Source: Amoebophrya sp. A120
Taxonomy: Eukaryota; Protista; Dinoflagellata
NCBI GenBank assembly: GCA_905178155.1
Contig: CAJINV010000041.1
Span: forward strand, 1-23,241
Length of the DNA stretch: 23,241 bases
Direction: 5' to 3'
Shown in pieces: positions 10,662 to 19,600 of the stretch. Position numbers and translations under genes: made by a program. The notes under the pieces were generated by a model, which had not been told where the DNA came from, searched no databases, and saw only the letters and a program-made list of their open reading frames with translations. Position 1 is the first letter of the stretch. Each line of letters begins with the position of its first letter.

Positions 10662-13600
10662 ATGGTGTCGTCCCCTCCGCGGCGCGCGGGCCGCATCGAT
10701 GCAGCGGACCGCATCGATGCAGCGGAAAAGCGTACATCCGGCGTGAAACTCCCTGGGATCAATTCGGCAGTACCGTTTGCACCTCCACAGTCGGCCCAAC
10801 ACCAGCGTCCACCAACTTTGTATCCGTTGGCAGTTTGTATTCGATGCCGCCCCCCAATGTCCACAACAGTCGTTGGTGAGTTGACGCAGATTTCTAACCA
10901 ATGCGCCAGAAACAGAATTTGGAATGTTGAAAGTAAATCTTGTCGTGGTACTTCGCGGTGGTCATTCTTCTTGCGAGAAAGTACTGCACTCAACGGATTC
11001 TGGGGAGGGGGTATTTTCTCTGCCATAAGAAAAGTCACTTTCTCATTTCGGGACCGAAGAACCCAGTGCAGATGGAGAACCCGAGTGCCAGATACGGCTT
11101 CGACACGTATGGGGGTCAAACACCGACAACGGAGGAGCAAGCTTGGATGGAGTCGCAAGTACTTATGCATTGACATTTCTTTATACACCTTGTTCTCTTT
11201 CGGTTTTTATTCTTATTGTTTATGCATGTGCAAATACAAATACAAAATTGCTTAACGAGTTGTGCTGTAGTCAAACATTCATGTCAACATTTCCAGGTAG
11301 CAATTTCTAATTTCCAATTCCATCCAATACTCCAGATCCAACAAGAACGGCGGGAACGAGCAACAGCGAATATCCTGTCGAAAAACGTACCCACCCCCGA
11401 GTTTTCTATGCAGATGTGAATTGTCGCCAGCATGTGTGATGCAACTTCAGAACTTCATCGGGAAAGGCATTTTTTACAGTGTTTTTAAAAAATTTGAAGT
11501 AATGATCACTCGACCTACGACACAAAGCTACATTGTATATGCGGCGGCACTCGCTAGTACTCAGTCCTGCAGTACATTTCCAAACTTGCCATTCAGAGTT
11601 CGCAAAGTTTTGATTCCCTTCTAGAAGATTTCCCATTTGGTTGAACATGGAGCGGGTACGTTTTCATACATGATAACCCGCGGAGCGTCTTCCTCCTCGT
11701 CCTCAGCTAATACCCTGCACCCGAATGTTCTCCAATCGTCTTCGCCGCTGGTCAGGGATTCGGTTCCGCTCTATCGCAAGAAAATGAATCTGTCTCAACT
11801 TCAAAAGGCCTTTGCAGTGGATTCAGCAATACAAACTTGCGAACCAAGGAACAAAAAATCTTCTCTGACGCTTGTTCAAACGGCTACGGCAAGCGAACGC
11901 ATATATGAAAGACGACACCACTCTCTTGCATGTGGTCGAGCATGATAAATAAGTGTCTTAAGTAGGACGTTGCACATAATACAAGTTGAGACTGAGAGAG
12001 TTTTTTCTCGCGATACCAATTTGCCGTTCAACAACAGCAATCACGATACGTCGATGCACTCCAATTTGCTGTTCAACAACAGAAACAACGCGATAACTTC
12101 CCACCAAAGTCACCTACAACACAGGCCACCTACGACGCCGGCGTTTGGGGAGCGCAGGAACTCACCAGCCATACAGAACGCACAAGCACCCAGATATCAA
12201 ATGCAAATACGTCTGGGTCTGGAAGAATGCGCGCATTTGTCATGCATGTCGTGAATGACCGCACAGATGGACTACAATACAGACAGAGCACTACTGATTT
12301 TGAGCGGTCTTCGTGAATCCTGTCGCGCATCAGAAATTCGCTATATTGTCCTACTAAGAGGTTGGCCACTTTGGGCCGTTGTGCAACACAGATTTTTGCA
12401 CGATCCCAACTCGGCATGACAACATGCGTCCTTCCAGAGCCAGATATATTTGTAATGCATACGAGATCCGCGTTGCTAATGGCGGACCCTACGGTGGAGG
12501 CGGACAAGGACTATGCATTGCAAAAGTGTCTGGGTGTGGAAGAATGCAAGTTTGTCATGCTTGTCTGGCATGATTCCGAAATCTGTGATGCATAAGCGGG
12601 AAAGCGCCTCTTGCCTGTCATGCAAAGACGCAGTTTGTCATGCGGAAAACAAAACAAGTGGCAGCCGAAAAACTTGTCATGCTTGGCTGCGTTGCACTGT
12701 GCCCACGATCCACAGATTTGCATCACAAGTTTCCACGACCCCGAGACACATTTGCACTGCACATGGACGTGTCGATGGCGGTATCTGAGGACGTGAGCAT
12801 GATGCTCGACGAGAGCCCGCTCGGAGTGCCGATACGTGGCGCAGCGGATGTCGAAAATATGACGCGCTCCACCACCGCGACGAGAAACACTAGAGCTGGT
12901 GGCGTGGATATTGCGGCAAAAAACTGTTTCACTGTGAACTTGTCATGCAGAAAATGAAAGAACGCTATAGTGTTTGTGTTGCTGCACCTGCAAGACATTA
13001 GATTTCCAACCGTCTTTTCCCTTGGGAAGTGCCCATGGCAAATTTTCTGTGTCACGTGTAACGAACTTGTGATGCAGATCCTCGTGCAAAATCATCACAG
13101 TGAAACAGTTTTTTCGTGGTATAGTGGACAACATCAACCTGATCGAACCGGGCGTGACCACTAATCGCGCGAATGCCCATGCATCAACCCGGCCCGGAAA
13201 CTCGACGACCTCGTCACTGGCAGCAAGGACAAGGCCAGGAACTGTCAATAGCGGTGCGTATCCTACAGAAAAGTTTTTGCACTAGACGACCCATCTATTT
13301 ACCAGAAAAAGAAGTAGAGGCGTGTCATGCTAAATGAATGTCACGGATGATCGCGGTTCAGCAATTAGAGACGAGGTAGGGAAGAAGCTTGTCATGCTGA
13401 ACAGCATGAGAGAGGATCTTGTTTGTGACGCCGACGAGCACAAAAACACAAATTCACTTTTCTTCTGGTACGGGTGTGCTTTTCCGCTCGACACTACGAC
13501 ACGGCCATCCCCATCCGGAGGCTATTGTGGTGAAAAGGGTCCTTCTCGTCGCGTATTTCTTTGTAGACGCAAGTTCTTTGTTCCCACTTATCTATACACA

Positions 13601-16600
13601 AAACGTAAGTGCCTCTTCTTTGTATAGAGACGTCAGGACGTCGATTTTCGCCACAATACAAAACTGACCTCGTCGACCACGACTACCCGGGTTTCATCGA
13701 GTGCTAACGTCCGACCACCACGTCCTGTTGTTATGCAAGTGAAAATGGATCAGTAAAGAGCCTCCAGGTTTCTGATGCAATTGATACAAATTGCTTAGCA
13801 AAATCTTTGAACGAAAATGTGATGCGCGCCGGTTCTTGATATGCTGTACTGCTGACGAATCTGACGGGCGTATCACCCCTCTCAGAATCGTGACCTAGGC
13901 TCTTTCCGATATACTTTCTCCACTTTCCATAACCGCACGTACTTCTACCGGAGCAACGGGAGCTGCGCAGGTACTCTTTTCTCAAATTGGTGTAATGCCT
14001 TTAGGCCATTTCATGGCAAAGTCAGTTTCTCGGTCTAATGCACCATAGTACTCATGAAAAAAAAAGCAACAACACAATTTCCAGAGCCGCGCCTCTCCTG
14101 CAGTAGGCCAAGGACATCGTGATGCCGCGGCACGGCAATTATCCGGACCGGTGACTAGTACTGCAAACCGAGTGCGATCTGACCCAGCCACTCTCAGAAC
14201 GGGTGCAAAGCGCCCTGTGGATGCCACCATGGTAGTCAGTGTAAAAACGCCCCCACTCCATTAAATACAGGACCAGAGAGGTCACTTTTTGCATCACAAA
14301 GCTGGGTGAAAATTTTGACGGCCTTTCAAGAAGAGTCTCGTGCAGTGCGGAATTTTTAGAAAGTGTAGTTTTGTGATGCAAAATGTGGCTTCTACTGGTC
14401 TTCGCTGTAGCCGAGATTCAGGAGAAGGCGCAGTTTGCATCACAAGTGGACACTTTTGAAAATGCCCGCACTGCACGAGACGCTTCTTGAAACAGCATCA
14501 AAATTTTCCCCGGCTACAGCAAAGACGAAGACCTGAGAGGTCACTTTTTGCATCACAAAGCTGCGCGGAAATTTTGATGCTGTTTCAAGAAGCTATCCGT
14601 GCAGTGCGGAATTTTTAGAAAGTGTAGTTTTGTGATGCAAAATGTGGCTTCTACTGGTCTTCGCTGTAGCCGAGGTTCAGGAGAAGCCGCAGTTTGCATC
14701 ACAAATGGACACTTTTGAAAATGCCCGCACTGCACGAGACGCTTCTTGAAACAGCATCAAAATTTTCCCCGGCTACAGCAAAGACGAAGACCTGAGAGGT
14801 CACTTTTTGCATCACAAAGCTGGGCGGAAATTTTGATGCTGTTTCAAGAAGCTATCCGTGCAGTGCGGAATTTTTAGAAAGTGTAGTTTTGTGATGCAAA
14901 ATGTGGCTTCTACTGGTCTTCGCTGTAGCCGAGGTTCAGGAGAAGCCGCAGTTTGCATCACAAATGGACACTTTTGAAAATGCCCGCACTGCACGAGACG
15001 CTTCTTGAAACAGCATCAAAATTTTCCCCGGCTACAGCAAAGACGAAGACCTGAGAGGTCACTTTTTGCATCACAAAGCTGGGCGGAAATTTTGATGCTG
15101 TTTCAAGAAGCTATCCGTGCAGTGCGGAATTTTTAGAAAGTGTAGTTTTGTGATGCAAAATGTGGCTTCTACTGGTCTTCGCTGTAGCCGAGGTTCAGGA
15201 GAAGCCGCAGTTTGCATCACAAATGGACACTTTTGAAAATGCCCGCACTGCACGAGACGCTTCTTGAAACAGCATCAAAATTTTCCCCGGCTACAGCAAA
15301 GACGAAGACCTGAGAGGTCACTTTTTGCATCACAAAGCTGGGCGGAAATTTTGATGCTGTTTCAAGAAGCTATCCGTGCAGTGCGGAATTTTTAGAAAGT
15401 GTAGTTTTGTGATGCAAAATGTGGCTTCTACTGGTCTTCGCTGTAGCCGAGGTTCAGGAGAAGCCGCAGTTTGCATCACAAATGGACACTTTTGAAAATG
15501 CCCGCACTGCACGAGACGCTTCTTGAAACAGCATCAAAATTTTCCCCGGCTACAGCAAAGACGAAGACCTGAGAGGTCACTTTTTGCATCACAAAGCTGG
15601 GCGGAAATTTTGATGCTGTTTCAAGAAGCTATCCGTGCAGTGCGGAATTTTTAGAAAGTGTAGTTTTGTGATGCAAAATGTGGCTTCTACTGGTCTTCGC
15701 TGTAGCCGAGGTTCAGGAGAAGCCGCAGTTTGCATCACAAATGGACACTTTTGAAAATGCCCGCACTGCACGAGACGCTTCTTGAAACAGCATCAAAATT
15801 TTCCCCGGCTACAGCAAAGACGAAGACCTGAGAGGTCACTTTTTGCATCACAAAGCTGGGCGGAAATTTTGATGCTGTTTCAAGAAGCTATCCGTGCAGT
15901 GCGGAATTTTTAGAAAGTGTAGTTTTGTGATGCAAAATGTGGCTTCTACTGGTCTTCGCTGTAGCCGAGGTTCAGGAGAAGCCGCAGTTTGCATCACAAA
16001 TGGACACTTTTGAAAATGCCCGCACTGCACGAGACGCTTCTTGAAACAGCATGAAAAATTTTCCCCGGCTACAGCAAAGAACGTCATGTGGTTTGCTACA
16101 TCGGTTCGAATAGTTTGCGGACTCTGCGCGAAAAGCTTGGAGACGTAACGTCCTCGGCATGCTTAGCTATGAAAGATGCTGCAATGCATCCTGATAAAAT
16201 GTCTTCCATAAGAATCCGCATGAAAGATCATCTGTTGGACATGCAAATCTGCATGACAGTGTTGGACCGGGTACGTTTTTACACAGAATATCAAACCGAA
16301 CCCCAAGCTCATACCAGTCGCGGTGCCGCAGCCGCAGACTCGGTGACACCGAATGCCGAACGGGCTCAGCCGGGCGCCAACGTGGTGGCAGGGCGTGATC
16401 AGAGCAGCAAACACCGTGGTGAAATCAGCGAAACAAGATCATGTATGCAACCGGAGTCACAGGTTGAAAAAATTTTATAAGCGGCATGCAGTCGCATAAA
16501 ATCACGTTCATGTTTATGGTGTAAGTACGGGAATATGTACAAGTGTTTGTGACCTCACGGCATTTATTCAAAATTGAACTTCAGGTTAGTACCTCCCGTG

Positions 16601-19600
16601 CGGCAAGTAGCCGGCAGCTGTTGACACCAATCGCGGAGTCCCCAGCACAGGAGTCTTCCTGGATGAACAAGAGTTCCATCAGGAACCAATTGTCACTGGA
16701 CCAGGTTTTTATTTTTTTGTGTAATGCGAGATGATAAGAAACTAGAAGAGCCCGATCATTCAATATTTTGGGTCCAGCATTAGCGGTTCGTGAGGAACAG
16801 TCTGATGCATCATGAACAATCTGATGCTCCACTGAAAATGTAAAGAACATATTGTTCCTGCAACACATCAATCAGATCGTCGCACAAACGGAAGCTGCTT
16901 TACAACCGCGCCCCGGATCATCTTCGTCCAGTTCAGGCGACTCTATCACGAGCAAAAAGTTCGTTTTTCTCCGACACTAGACGCGAGCTCAATCGTGCTC
17001 TTGGACTTTTGAAATCACTAGTCAATGGCTGCATGATGCAAAAGGACCATAAAGATGTACTGAAGCGATGACGCCTTTCGAGCGCATCATTGTGAAAGCG
17101 CATCCTGATTTCTGTTTCACACACAACTTTCTCCACATAGCGTATATCTGCATCCTACTGCTGTGCTTTTTTGCTGTGTGGCATGCACGCTGATGTGTGG
17201 CCAAGCACCTTGCAGCGGACATTCGTTTTTTCTAGGGGAAAAACGTGTTTTCCTCGTGATACAAGACGCCGGACTGATTGAAGACGACGACAAACCCATC
17301 GTGCCCGGAGGAAAAATACGAAATGCAAATATGTCTGGGCCTGGAAAGTTCTGATGCTTAACTGTGCTTGACGAAAGGACCTCCGAATTCAGCCAAGCAT
17401 GACAAGTTTGCAGAGCGGTTTTTCATACGCAGCCTGCATGAAAAACTTTGTTTTTGTAATGACAAAAGACGCTGCGGCGTTTGTAGGTCACGCAATACAG
17501 ATTTCACCTGAATGTAAGGCCAGCGTCACAGGTTTCAGCGTCGCAGACCCAGACATCGTTGCAATCCATAAAAATCCTTGAAGTGGTTCCGGGACATGCA
17601 CGTGCAATTAGACCAGAGCTTGTCTTATGGAAGTGAAAGCATCTCGCCGTGGTCAGCATAACTACTGCATGTGATTTCCGGGTTGTAGCAAAGATTTTGT
17701 TTTGAAACTTTCTCCCGATTCGCATGAGTATGATGCTCTGCGTCTGCCCAGACACGACTAGAAATACAAATGAAAAACATGCCTGCGAAATTGAAAGAGC
17801 CAGGGTTATTCTGAGTAAAAACATTCCCACCCCAGAGTTGTCATGCAAATCTGCATGCCAGAAAAGTTTCTCATGCGAAGCCCCATGAGAGGCTTTTTCT
17901 CGTCGTGTTTTGGGATTTGTGATGCTAGAAATAGCATGACAAGCTAGACTTGTGATGCTGCTGAACTAGCTAAACAGCATCACGCTACGAGGACAGAGTT
18001 GTCATGCGAAACAACCAAAGTTGGCCGATTTGTCTAGCAAATTGCTCACCATGTTGACTCTGGTATGGGGACGTTTTTACTCAGGATAAGGGTGGAAAAT
18101 TGTTCCTTTCATACGAAGATGAGCCGGGCGGCTATCACAAAACAAAATTTGCTCTTGAGTACCCTACACCACAGCGAAAGCTACGAAAATGAACTAATTT
18201 ATTTCGAGGTAGGCCAGTTCACAAAATCGCTCTCGCAGTACAGGACAAAAGACGAAAGTCAGACACTCTCTCCTAGGTGGTTACTGTGAAGGTTCAAGAA
18301 AAATTACGATTCGGAGATGCTAGTATATTCTTGAATGAAAGAGTCACTATTTGTATTTTTCATCCGAGAACCGACTTTGCCGCCAGTACTGGAAGGGCAT
18401 TATTACTTTGCAGTACTTTTGCAGGTGAAGGACCGCATGCTTGTTGCATGGCCTGAGCGATCCAGGTTTATCTGCGGTGCAGGGTTCAAGAAACTTTTTC
18501 CAACTGATACCCCGCACCCCCGTATCGTCTGCAAAAACGTCCCCACCCCAGAGTCAAAATGGACATATTGCAACAAAACCAGTCAACAGGTTTTGTTGGC
18601 TGTCGCGCATGACAGATTCGTAATTGCATTGCAATCGGACTATGTAGCTAGTGGTGCTGCCGCATTAAAACTCGCTTTATCTCATCCTAACGCTCGGGCA
18701 TTACAAGGATCTCCGAAAAAACATTAGCTGCAAATGCTGGCGTGAGAAAATTTGTACTAGGCTTTATCGATTTGCATCTGCAAATCTGGGGTGGGGACGT
18801 GTTTGCACAGAGTAACGGAATGTCTCGTTCCTCCAGCAGGACGCCTCGGTCCTCGGTGAGTATAACCCGCTCAGGTGTTACAAATCTCAAACGCTACAAT
18901 GATAAAGAACGAGCATGACACGTCCTGAATCCGCGAATCACACGAGATGAAGAATTTAGCGAAATTTGTACTTCTGCGAAAAGCGTCAGGCCTCCTATCC
19001 TCCTGCTGATGCTCTTCATGCAAGACAAAATCCAGATTTTGCTGTAACGTTTGAGATGGTAACAGCTGACCGGGCCATACCGGCGCGTCGATCGTCCTGA
19101 ACCAGTCCGCCGTCGATCTGGACGAGCGGGTGATTCGTCAGCAGAGTATCCAAAGTGAATGTAGTGCTGGTGGTTAATTTGTATGTTTGTAATTTTCCAC
19201 TGTCGTTCATCTATGTATTGAGTACTACGAGGAAGGGCACAACAAGAGCAAGAAAGGGTTATGCTGCACTATCAGCGTCAGTTGTCGTTACGGACGATGT
19301 GACAGTTGAATAAAACACTGAAGTACACCAACACGCTTTTACTTTGGATAGGCGATTTGAGCAAAGTACTGTTTTTTCTCGGATTTGGATGGAAATTTTT
19401 TGCACTAGCAGATAGAAAATGGTTTGCATGACAGCACTTTCCTGCCACCGACATAACGTTAAAAGTGCGGTAATTTACTTTTGCGTGGGGAGAAAAACGC
19501 AGCTTGCACTCGTGCTGTCCAGTTTTGTAGCCACAATTTAGACTATTGTGTGAAGAATGGCTTGTCATGCAGCAGAAGCTATGATTGAATAACAATAAAT

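Noticed and set aside
10646-11255. The long ORFs 10662-11255 (+) and 10646-11188 (-) as complete genes
   Set aside because: Both read through an IR/DR element. The spliced frame is more consistent with downstream exons.
12918-13114. miRNA precursor suggested by the perfect 20-bp IR
   Set aside because: Better explained as one of many DR-flanked introners. It cannot be fully excluded without small-RNA data.
13640-13720. Minus-strand VVVVDEV Walker-B-like motif
   Set aside because: Antisense of a Thr/Ser-rich + strand exon; short, stop-bounded, and no Walker A.
14294-16087. Seven near-identical 60-aa minus-strand ORFs
   Set aside because: By-products of the 259-bp satellite, with non-ATG starts and located inside an inferred intron.
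19085-19130. IVLNQSAVD resembling an RNA polymerase second-largest-subunit motif
   Set aside because: The flanking conserved residues (GYNQED, RG) are absent.
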